From the NCBI GenBank assembly GCA_002084825.1, contig NBMF01000009.1, forward strand, positions 152 through 64,151: 64,000 nt of DNA, in the 5' to 3' direction. Below, piece after piece: positions 10,455-20,081 of this stretch (positions within the stretch are counted from its first letter, which is position 1; each line of letters begins with the position of its first letter). Under the pieces are notes generated by a model. That model had not been told where the DNA came from. It saw only the letters and a list, made by a program, of their open reading frames with translations, and did no database searches. Source of the stretch: Fusobacteriia bacterium 4572_74 (GTDB taxonomy: Bacteria; Fusobacteriota; Fusobacteriia; Fusobacteriales; Fusobacteriaceae). Position numbers and translations under genes: made by a program.

Positions 10455-10484
10455 AGTTTTTGAAATTTGTAAGGGGTGATAGCT

Positions 10485-10781
10485 ATGGAATTTGATTTTA
10501 TAATAAAAATCATTATTTATATGATAATAGTTCGAGTAATTATGAGCAAGATAAATAAAAGAAAAAATATAAAATCTAATAAAAAAGAAAAATTTACTCC
10601 TAAAGGATCTGATAGACAAAAAGGAACTAGAATAGAAAAAAAACAAGTGGATAAAAATAATAATAGGAATATAGATTTAAATGATTTTAGAGGTATGAGT
10701 TCTAAATCTGACAAACCAATTTCACCTGATGAAAGAATGAAACAGAGGGAGAAAGAACTAGAAAATATGAATAAAAGGTAA
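10485..10781 (+). CDS. Hypothetical protein, N-terminal TM segment and Lys-rich tail
   Basis: aaggggtg RBS, hydrophobic N-terminus, followed by a terminator. Confidence 0.6.
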   Translation: MEFDFIIKIIIYMIIVRVIMSKINKRKNIKSNKKEKFTPKGSDRQKGTRIEKKQVDKNNNRNIDLNDFRGMSSKSDKPISPDERMKQREKELENMNKR

Positions 10782-10810
10782 TATACAACATGTTGTATAT
10801 TACCTTTTTT
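10773..10810. terminator. Perfect 36-bp palindrome acting as terminator
   Basis: aaaaggtaatatacaaca|tgttgtatattacctttt. Confidence 0.7.
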
Positions 10811-10838
10811 ATATGGAAAAATTGTTGTATAATTTTAA

Positions 10839-10860
10839 TGTGTAATTCGTGACAAAAAAT
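10839..10860 (+). repeat. 22-bp repeat, identical copy at 18048-18069
   Basis: tgtgtaattcgtgacaaaaaat. Confidence 0.9.
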
Positions 10861-10885
10861 AAAATCTCAAAAGGAGAATGAAAAA

Positions 10886-13573
10886 ATGAAAATAAAATAC
10901 TACTCCTACACCGAGGAGATAATAGAAGATATAGAGGCAGGGAAAATTCATATTTTTCCTAAGTCGGTAGATAAAAGTTTAGCTAAGGAAAGATATTTTG
11001 AGAGTTTGGAAGAAAGAAAAGGTAGGGAAATTCCTAATATATTTTTGAAACAACCTAAATTTATTGGATTAGGAGAGTTTAAAACTAACTTATTTTTGAG
11101 TGATGAGATGGTGTTACGGGAAGAAAAACAAGTAATCGCTTTTTACAGATCGTTGAGTCTCAAAAATAGAAAGGAATTAGGAGTAGAGAGTTATTATGAT
11201 GTAATCGACATTGCTGCTAATTTTTTAAATTTTTTCAAACTGTTGAAGGAATATAGATTAACAGAGATTAAAGACCTCAGAAAATGGCAGAAAAAAATAT
11301 ATGATATGTTCCTAGATATTGAAAAAAATTATATAAAATTCTTGTCAGATAAAAACTATACAGATCCTACTTTTATAAAAAAAGATGAAAACTATAGTTC
11401 TAAAAGTCTGAATGAATATAGGGATATAGTTATATATAATAAAATTTATTTTACTCCACTGGAGAAATGGATAGTGGAAAGATTAGAGGGTGAAGGATTT
11501 TCTATAACTCTAAAATTACAGATGGATAAAGAGGATTTCTGTGAAGAAACTTTAGCTATGGAGGGGGTAAATATAGGTGAGAAAGTATCTAGAACTACTG
11601 AAAAAATAGAAATTTATACTGTAGATGATGAGTTTACAGAACTCCTAAAAATTTTGGATACACAAAATAAAATTAAAGATAAGAATGAAAAAGATATGGA
11701 TGTTAAAATTTTTGATGCAAATAACGAAAACTATAAATATAATAATTTTTTCAATGGGACTAGATATATATCGGATCTACCTATTTTTTCTCTCTTGGAA
11801 GGATTGCATAAATTATTATCAACTTTAGAAGAAATAGATGGGGAATTAGCACTAGAACTTCACACTGTGGTAGATATAATTAAAGGAGATGAAATTTCTA
11901 AATATTATAGAATTATACCTGAAGAATTGGAGCAATTTAAGGTGTTGGTAAATGAAGGTTATAAATATTTAACGAAATATATCATAGCGGAAAAGTTAGG
12001 AGAAAGAAATTTTATTCACAGAATATTTGAAGATATAGAACAGATGAGAACTTACGATAATTTGAAAAAATGGACTGAAGAACTTACTTTTTCCACTGAA
12101 CAGTTGGAAAAACTCTTGGATGGAAGTGAAAATGTTGGAAAGTATTTTGAGGCTCTCAGTGAGATAGAGGTTATAGAAGACTTGGATGTAGTGGATGGTT
12201 GGAAAAACTTTTTTGGGTATGGAAAAACATCAGAAGGATTATTAAAATTGATATTAAAATATTTAGAGTTTAAGGAAATAGCAGGAAGTCACAAAACAAT
12301 ATTAAGAAAACAAAGTCTTGAAGATATAAAAACTACGAAAAACAAAAATTTAGTTTTAATGAATATTTCAGATAGTTTTATACCACAAAATAAGCAGAAT
12401 ACTTTTTTATTTACAGAACAACAGAAAAAAGACTTAGGTATAAAAAGTATAGATGAGATCAGACTAGAAGAAAAATATAATTTATTTAGAGCTGTAATGA
12501 CCAGTGAAAGCATTACTATACTAGCTATAAAAAATATAGGCTTAGATAGTTCTCTTTCTCCATTTATAGAAGAAATTATGGAACAGTTTGAAATAAAATC
12601 TAGACACTTGAAGCAGCCGTTAGAAAATTATTTAGAACTAATAAAACTAGACTCTAAAGTAAAAAATATAAAAGAGAATGAGAAGTTATTTGAAGGGAAA
12701 AAACCTAGTGAAATGAAGTTTGAGGTGGAGGAATTAAACGATCCATTTGGGGTGACAGCATATATGTGTGATGAATTATTTAACTGTAAATACAAGATGT
12801 ATCTGCGGTATTTAGTAAAGTTGAGTAGGGAAGAACTTGAGGTAGAGATGGATCTTACACGTCGTGAATATGGGAATCTTGCCCATGAATTATTTGAGGC
12901 AGTATTAAAAAAAATAGAATCGACTAAGAATTATTCACTGCTTGAAGAAGGTAAGATAGAAGTCGGAATAGTTATGGGAGTTTTAGAAGAATTAGTAGGC
13001 AGAAGAAGATTGAAATTACCAAAATTAAATGAAAGATATTATAAGGAAATTATTTATAAAAATTTGGCTGACAGTGTAGGAGAATTTTTTAAGAAGATCT
13101 CAAAGGAGTTACGTGGAGAGAGGATAAATGGACTTTTGATAGAGGAATTTTTAGAGGAAACGATAAAGAATAAAACTATAGTTATTAAAGGTAGAGCTAA
13201 GGCAGACCTTATAATTAAAGCTGAAAAAAAAGACTATATTATTGACTTTAAAACTGGAAATATGAATGAAAGACAGCTGGATTTTTATAGCATCTTATAT
13301 GCAGGAGAAGCGGATCTCACAGAAAAATACATATTTAATGTGGATATGGGAAATCTAGAAAAAAGTAAAAAAATCAAATTGGTAAAAGATGAGAACGGTA
13401 GAAATAAGATAGATCCTGATGGGAAGGAAAAAAACTTAGGAGTCTTGGAAACGAAGCTAAAAGAATTCTTGAACTTAGGAGTTTTTGAGAGAAATAAAAC
13501 AAGTAAGTGTGATAGGTGTGAATATCTAGATATATGTAAGGTTGGTGAATTAGATGAAATTAAAGGAGAATAA
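10886..13573 (+). CDS. AddB-like PD-(D/E)XK nuclease subunit
   Basis: C-terminal GNLAH..ADL..IIDFKTG nuclease; Cys in FNCKY plus CDRCEYLDIC (Fe-S staple); overlaps the helicase gene. Confidence 0.8.
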   Translation: MKIKYYSYTEEIIEDIEAGKIHIFPKSVDKSLAKERYFESLEERKGREIPNIFLKQPKFIGLGEFKTNLFLSDEMVLREEKQVIAFYRSLSLKNRKELGVESYYDVIDIAANFLNFFKLLKEYRLTEIKDLRKWQKKIYDMFLDIEKNYIKFLSDKNYTDPTFIKKDENYSSKSLNEYRDIVIYNKIYFTPLEKWIVERLEGEGFSITLKLQMDKEDFCEETLAMEGVNIGEKVSRTTEKIEIYTVDDEFTELLKILDTQNKIKDKNEKDMDVKIFDANNENYKYNNFFNGTRYISDLPIFSLLEGLHKLLSTLEEIDGELALELHTVVDIIKGDEISKYYRIIPEELEQFKVLVNEGYKYLTKYIIAEKLGERNFIHRIFEDIEQMRTYDNLKKWTEELTFSTEQLEKLLDGSENVGKYFEALSEIEVIEDLDVVDGWKNFFGYGKTSEGLLKLILKYLEFKEIAGSHKTILRKQSLEDIKTTKNKNLVLMNISDSFIPQNKQNTFLFTEQQKKDLGIKSIDEIRLEEKYNLFRAVMTSESITILAIKNIGLDSSLSPFIEEIMEQFEIKSRHLKQPLENYLELIKLDSKVKNIKENEKLFEGKKPSEMKFEVEELNDPFGVTAYMCDELFNCKYKMYLRYLVKLSREELEVEMDLTRREYGNLAHELFEAVLKKIESTKNYSLLEEGKIEVGIVMGVLEELVGRRRLKLPKLNERYYKEIIYKNLADSVGEFFKKISKELRGERINGLLIEEFLEETIKNKTIVIKGRAKADLIIKAEKKDYIIDFKTGNMNERQLDFYSILYAGEADLTEKYIFNVDMGNLEKSKKIKLVKDENGRNKIDPDGKEKNLGVLETKLKEFLNLGVFERNKTSKCDRCEYLDICKVGELDEIKGE

Positions 13574-16500
13574 GAATAGAAAAGTAGTAAAAGCCAGTGC
13601 AGGAACAGGGAAAACTTACAGACTTGCTATAGAATATATATCTAGAATATTATTGGGAGAGGATTACAATGAAATATTATTTATGACCTTTACCCGTGCA
13701 GCAACAGCAGAATTAAAAGTTAGAATTTTTGAGTTTTTAGATGATTTAAGTCAGAAAAATAAAGAATTGGAAGGGAATATAAGAGATCTATATCCACAAA
13801 TTGAGATAGATATAGATAGGATAAAAAAAGTGAAAAATGAACTCCTACTAAATAAAGACAAGATAAGGATCTATACAATAGATTCATTTATTGCTCAGAT
13901 TTTTAAAAAAGCTATCGGGCCATCGTTAAATATCTATACTTATTCTATGAGTAACACTGTAGAAGCGGAAGAGATCTATGGTGAGGTATTTAGTCGTATT
14001 ATAAAGGGAGAAGAATTTTATAAAATTAAAGAGTTTTTGGAAAAAACAGCAGATAGAGAGGTGGAGAAATATATTGATCTCATAAAAAAAATATCTGAGG
14101 AGAGATGGAAGTTTGCACTAATAGAAAAAAAAGAAATAAGTGATGATGTAGAAAGTATAAAAGAAGAATTGTACAGAAATATAGTAAGAACTTTTGAATT
14201 GGTTGATGAGCTGGTAACCGATCACGGAAAGGTCTATGAAAAGGTTTTGGCTAAAGCAGGAAAGATCATAGATGAAGAATTCCATGGAGTCTTAGACAAT
14301 AAGGGGAAATTAATTACTCTTATATTGGAAAAAAGAAAAGATTTTTTAGAAAATAAAATTATTAATGGAACTCAAATGGGAGGGAAAGTTAGAGAATATA
14401 TAAAAGCTCAAGCTTTGGAAGTCCAAGATGAGATCCACAGATTACTGGAAAGAATAATTTTTATTGAAGAGATAATTCCCTATGAAAAAGATATATTGGA
14501 GATAGAAAAGATAACTAGATCTATCTATGATGATATAAAATTTAGGGAGAAAAAATTTACTTTTTCTGATATAACTAACTATACCAGTGAATATATGATA
14601 GAGGAAGATTTAGATCTTGTAAAGGATGGTATAGTTACCGATAATTTTTATGAAATAATTGGTGGTAAAATATCAACTTTATTTTTAGATGAAGCACAGG
14701 ATACCAGTGTATCCCAGTGGAGGATAATTGAGTCTATTGCTAAGGGATGTGACAATATAATTATTGTAGGCGATGAAAAACAAAGTATTTATTCATGGCG
14801 TGGAGGGGACAAGGGATTATTCCTTAGTTTTGACAGGATCTTAGGAGCTAGTACAGAATCTTTACCAACAAATTATAGGAGTGAAAAAAAGATAATCGAT
14901 TTTGTTAACTTATTTTTTGATCATGTTTCTAAAAATCATATTACCAAAAATGAAGATGACAGATGGGAATATAAGGAAGTTGAGTGCTGTAAAAAAGACG
15001 ATAAAGGATTTGTAGCAGTCATGGTAGATCCTGAAATTCATTCTGAAATTGCAATAGATATTAAAAATAGATTCGTAGATAGGGGTAAAGATGGAAATCC
15101 TGACTATAGAGGAATAGGAATAGTTGGGAGGAAAAAGAAGAACCTAGGTAAAATAGGAGATAAACTAAAGGAGTTGGGAGTTCCATATATAATGGAAAAC
15201 AGTCTTTCTATTGTGCAGCATCCTTGTGTAGAGGAAATAATGCGGTTATTTAACTTCTTTATTCATAATGATTTTATGTCACTGGTAGAATTTTTTAGAA
15301 AAACGATTGAAGTAGGAGAGGAAGATCTTAAATATTTGCTAAATAATAGAGAAAATATATTGAGATATTTATTGATTGAAAGTGAAAATATAGAAGAAAT
15401 TATTATAAAAAATGATTTGAGGGTAGAATTGGATAGGATAAAAAGAATAAAAGAACTATCCTATAAAAAGATGGGAAGGAAAATAGTTGAGGAGTATAAT
15501 TTTTTAGAAGTTTATAGTGCTACAAGGGATATAAAAAATATTAATTTTTTCTTAGAACTTATGGAGGAATATGATTATCTGTCTGAGTTTATGAGCTTTT
15601 TGAAGTCGAATGGCGACTCCAATGGGCTGAAACAAGTGGGAATATCTGAATTGAATTCTGTAATTTTGATGACAATCCATGGATCTAAGGGATTGGATTT
15701 TCATACAGAGTATATGTTTTTATCAGATAAAGAATCTAGCTATAAATTGACGGGATATTCAGATAAGGGGATGCAGCATAAAGTTCAATTATTAGCTAAA
15801 TTAGATAAAAATTATGAATATATAGAGGATTATCTATTTACTAATTCTATCTATAGTGGTGCCATAAAAAAAACAGAAATATACGAACACAGTGAACAAA
15901 TATTTTTAGATGAGGAGATAAATACTCTCTATGTAGGGCTGACTAGACCTCGTGCAAATTTATTTTTATGTATTGAACCTACAAAAACTAAAAAGGCGAA
16001 AGAGGAAATATTTGTACTTAAGAATGATCTCCTAATAACTCCAATTGAAAAATATTTTAATATATCTAGAGAAGAACTATTGGAAGGTGGTACTCAGATG
16101 ATTGGTAAATTTATTTCATATGAGGAAAAACCAGAGGATGATAACAGTAATGAAAAATTCTATATAGAACCTTATCTATATAGGGATGCTGTAGCTTCAA
16201 AAAATAGTGAGAAGACAGAAAAAAATAAAGATGATGGGAAAAAAGAAATTTCTATAGAACACAGTGTAGAAAAAGAATTAAAGAGAAAGTCTGGTCTAGC
16301 TATTCATTACTACTTAGAAAATATAGAATATGGTGGTGAAGAGGAAAAAAGAATAGCCAAACAGATGACCTTAAATAAATATAGTAATATGTTAGGGATT
16401 GAAAGGACTCAAAAAATAATTGAGAGAGTGGAGGAGTTTATATCTAAAAATTCTAAAGTTTTTGATAAAAGATGGACTGTTTTTAAGGAATTAGAATTGG

Positions 16501-16724
16501 TATCTTATGAAAAAGAAGGGATTGATGGAAAAGAAACAATTAAAAAAAAGACACATATTATAGACAGACTTAACTTAGATGAAAAAAAGAAAGAAATAAT
16601 TATCTATGATTATAAATCCGGGATTTCTATGGATAATGAACAATTGGAGAGATATGAGAGGGTTATCAGGGAAAAGGTAGGAAGTGAATATAGTATAAAA
16701 ACAAAATTTTTAAAGTTAGATTAA
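13554..16724 (+). CDS. AddA-like UvrD helicase-nuclease
   Basis: ASAGTGKT, TFTRAA, LDEAQDT, VGDEKQSIY.WRG, NYRS, MTIHGSKGL, YVGLTR, IDR..YDYKSG. Confidence 0.88.
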   Translation: MKLKENKNRKVVKASAGTGKTYRLAIEYISRILLGEDYNEILFMTFTRAATAELKVRIFEFLDDLSQKNKELEGNIRDLYPQIEIDIDRIKKVKNELLLNKDKIRIYTIDSFIAQIFKKAIGPSLNIYTYSMSNTVEAEEIYGEVFSRIIKGEEFYKIKEFLEKTADREVEKYIDLIKKISEERWKFALIEKKEISDDVESIKEELYRNIVRTFELVDELVTDHGKVYEKVLAKAGKIIDEEFHGVLDNKGKLITLILEKRKDFLENKIINGTQMGGKVREYIKAQALEVQDEIHRLLERIIFIEEIIPYEKDILEIEKITRSIYDDIKFREKKFTFSDITNYTSEYMIEEDLDLVKDGIVTDNFYEIIGGKISTLFLDEAQDTSVSQWRIIESIAKGCDNIIIVGDEKQSIYSWRGGDKGLFLSFDRILGASTESLPTNYRSEKKIIDFVNLFFDHVSKNHITKNEDDRWEYKEVECCKKDDKGFVAVMVDPEIHSEIAIDIKNRFVDRGKDGNPDYRGIGIVGRKKKNLGKIGDKLKELGVPYIMENSLSIVQHPCVEEIMRLFNFFIHNDFMSLVEFFRKTIEVGEEDLKYLLNNRENILRYLLIESENIEEIIIKNDLRVELDRIKRIKELSYKKMGRKIVEEYNFLEVYSATRDIKNINFFLELMEEYDYLSEFMSFLKSNGDSNGLKQVGISELNSVILMTIHGSKGLDFHTEYMFLSDKESSYKLTGYSDKGMQHKVQLLAKLDKNYEYIEDYLFTNSIYSGAIKKTEIYEHSEQIFLDEEINTLYVGLTRPRANLFLCIEPTKTKKAKEEIFVLKNDLLITPIEKYFNISREELLEGGTQMIGKFISYEEKPEDDNSNEKFYIEPYLYRDAVASKNSEKTEKNKDDGKKEISIEHSVEKELKRKSGLAIHYYLENIEYGGEEEKRIAKQMTLNKYSNMLGIERTQKIIERVEEFISKNSKVFDKRWTVFKELELVSYEKEGIDGKETIKKKTHIIDRLNLDEKKKEIIIYDYKSGISMDNEQLERYERVIREKVGSEYSIKTKFLKLD

Positions 16725-16741
16725 ATAAATATAAATAAAGG

Positions 16742-16770
16742 TTGACTTTATATAACTTTTAAGATACTAT
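16742..16770 (+). promoter_or_regulatory. Sigma70 promoter of the csp gene
   Basis: TTGACT-17-TACTAT. Confidence 0.65.
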
Positions 16771-16853
16771 ATATGTAGTAACAGAGAGCGAACAAAATTT
16801 CATTTGGAAATTAAGTAAGGTTCACTGTATTAAAATTTACGGAGGTAACACAC

Positions 16854-17054
16854 ATGTTAAAAGGAACAGTTAAATGGTTTAACGATGATAAAGGATTCGG
16901 ATTTATTTCTGCTGAAGATGGAAATGACTACTTTGCACATTTTTCTCAAATCAACAAAGAAGGATTCAAGACTTTAAAAGAAGGCGAAGAAGTAACTTTC
17001 GAAATCACTGAAGGTGCTAAAGGTCCTCAAGCTTCAAACATCGAAACTGTATAA
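16854..17054 (+). CDS. Cold-shock protein
   Basis: GTVKWFN..KGFGFI, FAHFS, GPQA. Confidence 0.97.
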   Translation: MLKGTVKWFNDDKGFGFISAEDGNDYFAHFSQINKEGFKTLKEGEEVTFEITEGAKGPQASNIETV

Positions 17055-17075
17055 TTATATATATTTGAAATGTTT

Positions 17076-17106
17076 AAAAGCAGTAGATTTATCTACTGCT
17101 TTTTTT
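17076..17106 (+). terminator. Intrinsic terminator
   Basis: aaaagcagtagat-tt-atctactgcttttttt. Confidence 0.85.
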
Positions 17107-17340
17107 AGTTTTTAAAGGAAATGGAAGGAGGAGTTTTATTTGTTTTGTTTTCTTTACTAAATTAATAAGGGAATTGAAAAAAAGCACTAAATATGATAAA
17201 ATATTATGTTGTTTTAAGTATCAAAAAAAATAGTTATAAATCAAAAAAATGATAGATATTAAAAATATAAGTAAGGAATGTTTAAAAGATCATGAAGAAA
17301 AGAAAAGGATTTTGTATTAGAAAAAAAGTAGGAGGAAGAG

Positions 17341-17943
17341 ATGTTATTAAAAGCAAGTTTAATGATAATGATAGGGGCATTAATTGGATGGATAACAAAT
17401 TATTTTGCAATTAAGATGTTATTTAGGCCATTGAAAGAAACAAATATATTGGGATTTAAAATCCAAGGACTTATTCCAAAACGAAAGATGGAGATGGCAG
17501 AAAATATAGCTGATATCATCCAAGATGAATTGATTTCTATGAAGGATATAACTGCAAATATTGGAGATATAGAATTAGGGGAAGAGATTGATCTAATTGT
17601 AGACAGAATTGTGGAAGATAAATTAGAAAAAGAAATATTGGCAAAAATTCCAATGGCCAGTCTATTTATAACAGATAGTATGATATTAAAAATAAAAGGT
17701 CATATAAAAGATGCTATTGACGAAAATAAAGATGAATTTTTTACAGTAGTAATCAAAAAAATGGAAGATAGTGTAGATATGAAGAATATAATTATCGAAA
17801 AAATTGGAAATTTTGAATTGGATGAATTGGAAAAAATGGTATATAAAATAGCAAACAATGAATTGAAGCATATAGAGGTTATAGGGGCAATCTTAGGAGC
17901 TGTAATAGGTGGAATACAATTTGCAATAAGTTTATATGTTTAA
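17341..17943 (+). CDS. DUF445 family membrane protein
   Basis: IGWITNYFAIKMLFRP, QGLIPKR, EL.HIE..GA.LG..IG. Confidence 0.9.
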   Translation: MLLKASLMIMIGALIGWITNYFAIKMLFRPLKETNILGFKIQGLIPKRKMEMAENIADIIQDELISMKDITANIGDIELGEEIDLIVDRIVEDKLEKEILAKIPMASLFITDSMILKIKGHIKDAIDENKDEFFTVVIKKMEDSVDMKNIIIEKIGNFELDELEKMVYKIANNELKHIEVIGAILGAVIGGIQFAISLYV

Positions 17944-17984
17944 GTGGCGATTAGTAGGTAGTGATTAGTAATTAAAAGGCCTTA

Positions 17985-18069
17985 GTCACAGATTGCACAA
18001 ATTTATGCAAATTAAAAGGTAGAAAATAAGATTTATTTGTGATAATTTGTGTAATTCGTGACAAAAAAT
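17985..18069. repeat. Imperfect inverted-repeat element upstream of ruvB
   Basis: gtcacagattgcacaaatt ... aatttgtgtaattcgtgac; right arm also present at 10839. Confidence 0.7.
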
Positions 18070-18102
18070 GTTTTGAATTGTAAGTGATTAGAGGAGTTAT
18101 AG

Positions 18103-18954
18103 ATGGATGAAAGATTGTTGTCGGCATCTGAGTTTGGTGGTGAAATAGAAGTACAAAAAAATCTGAGGCCTAAAACTTTGAGCGAATATATAGGTCAAGA
18201 TAGACTGAAGGAAAAAATGGAAATATTCATGACTGCTTCTAAAAATAGGGGTGAATCTATGGATCATACTCTCTTATATGGGCCACCGGGGCTAGGGAAA
18301 ACCACATTAGCAGGAGTTATAGCCACAGAGATGGGGACTAATCTAAAGGTGACTTCTGGACCTGTTTTAGATAAGGCAGGAGATTTGGCAGCAATTTTGA
18401 CATCTTTAGAGGAGCAGGATATTCTATTTATAGATGAAATCCATAGGTTAAATACATCAGTGGAGGAGATTCTTTATCCGGCTATGGAAGATCGTGAGAT
18501 TGATATTATAATTGGTAAAGGACCTACAGCAAGGTCTATTAGAATAGAACTTCCAAGTTTTACATTGATAGGAGCTACTACTAGAGCAGGACTACCTAGG
18601 ATAGCCAATAGATTTTTAAAAAGAGTTCGTGATTATGCTGAGATTCGTGGAGATGGGATAATAACTTTAAAAATAGCTAAAGAAGCTTTGAATTTATTAG
18701 GAGTCGATGATTATGGATTGGATGAATTAGATCGTGAAATAATTTTATCTATCATAGATAATTATGGTGGAGGACCAGTAGGAATTGAAACATTGGCACT
18801 TTTATTAGGTGAGGATAGGAGAACTTTGGAGGAGATCTACGAACCCTACTTAGTAAAAATTGGATTTATTAAAAGAACTCATAGAGGAAGAGTTGTAACT
18901 TCAAAGGCATATAAACATTTTAATAAAAAAAGAAAAACGGAGGGAAACCTATGA
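18103..18954 (+). pseudogene. ruvB: RuvB Holliday junction helicase with in-frame internal deletion
   Basis: GPPGLGKTT and FIDEIH intact; GATTRAGL is joined directly to PRIANR, lacking the PLRDRFG...SRGT segment; 283 aa. Confidence 0.88.
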
Positions 18955-19370
18955 AGATAAGTACAAGAATAAGATATGGGCTAAGAGCCGTTATAAATAT
19001 AGCAGAGGGAAATTTAAATGAAAATAGACTAGTAAGAATAAAAGAAATAGCTCTAGATCAAAATATATCTGTTCAGTATTTAGAGCAAATCCTATTTAAA
19101 TTAAAGAAAAAAGATATAATCAAAGGGAAAAGAGGGCCTAATGGCGGATATAAGATCACTAAAGCGCCTGAAGATATTACAGCACTTGAACTCTATGAAA
19201 TTTTAGATGAAGAGGTAAAAGTAGTTGACTGTAATGAAGAAAAAAATCAAAGATGTATCAAAAATGATTGCAGAACTAACTGTCTATGGTCACAATTAGA
19301 TAATGCATTAAAGGAGATTTTAGGGAAAACTACTTTGGCAGATTTGATGAAAAATAAGGACATGGTATAG
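18951..19370 (+). CDS. Rrf2 family regulator with three-Cys Fe-S motif
   Basis: YLEQIL..RGPNGGY; C..C..C. Confidence 0.92.
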   Translation: MKISTRIRYGLRAVINIAEGNLNENRLVRIKEIALDQNISVQYLEQILFKLKKKDIIKGKRGPNGGYKITKAPEDITALELYEILDEEVKVVDCNEEKNQRCIKNDCRTNCLWSQLDNALKEILGKTTLADLMKNKDMV

Positions 19371-19373
19371 TTA

Positions 19374-20081
19374 ATGATAAGTGTATTTGTAGAAAAAGAA
19401 AATATAAAGGGAAATATAGTTAAAATAAAAGATAAAAAAGATATAAATCATCTGAAAAATTCATTTCGTATGAGTGTAGGAGATGAAGTCAGAGTAGTTG
19501 ATGGTGAAAAAGAATATAGATGTGTGATACTTTCGTTGGAAAAGAAAGAAATCTTAGGTGAAATAAAAGAAATTTTAGAAGATGGTTATTCAACTTCTGT
19601 AAAGGTAGATATAGCTTTGGGATTATTAAAAAATGACAAGATGGATCTATCTATACAAAAGTTGACTGAGATAGGAATAAATAAAATTATTCCTATGAAA
19701 ACCAAAAGAACAATTGTAAAAGTAAAAGAAAAAAAAGATAAATGGGTTGTTATATCTACAGAAGCATTGAAACAATGCCAGGGAGTAAGGAAAGTAGAGA
19801 TAACTGAACCCACTAATTTGAAGGAGATTAATTATGATGAATATGATTTAGTGTTTTTGCCTTATGAGGGAGCAGAAGGAAATAAAATAACGAACTATGA
19901 TGGCTTGGATAAATTAAAAAAAATCTTATATCTTATAGGTCCAGAGGGTGGATTTGATGATTCAGAGGTAGAATTTTTGCATGAAAAAGGTGTGAAAATA
20001 ATCTCCTTAGGCAGAAGAATACTAAGAGCGGAAACAGCAGCTATAGTGGCGGGAGGAGTAATTTTAAATGAAATTTGGTAA
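19374..20081 (+). CDS. rsmE: 16S rRNA m3U1498 methyltransferase
   Basis: QKLTEIG, IGPEGGF, SLGRRILRAETA. Confidence 0.96.
   Translation: MISVFVEKENIKGNIVKIKDKKDINHLKNSFRMSVGDEVRVVDGEKEYRCVILSLEKKEILGEIKEILEDGYSTSVKVDIALGLLKNDKMDLSIQKLTEIGINKIIPMKTKRTIVKVKEKKDKWVVISTEALKQCQGVRKVEITEPTNLKEINYDEYDLVFLPYEGAEGNKITNYDGLDKLKKILYLIGPEGGFDDSEVEFLHEKGVKIISLGRRILRAETAAIVAGGVILNEIW

Larger units (their letters stand above)
10028..10479 (+). pseudogene. bcp: Bcp/PrxQ peroxiredoxin with UGA (selenocysteine) at the peroxidatic site, decayed
   Basis: Reconstructed MEIILENQNG..KGKK / FYPKANTPG(TGA 10129)TTE..GISRD..LLSD..FGVW(TAG)EKK / [23 protein letters not shown]; two frameshifts, one TAG and a 22-bp duplication. 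Confidence 0.88.
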
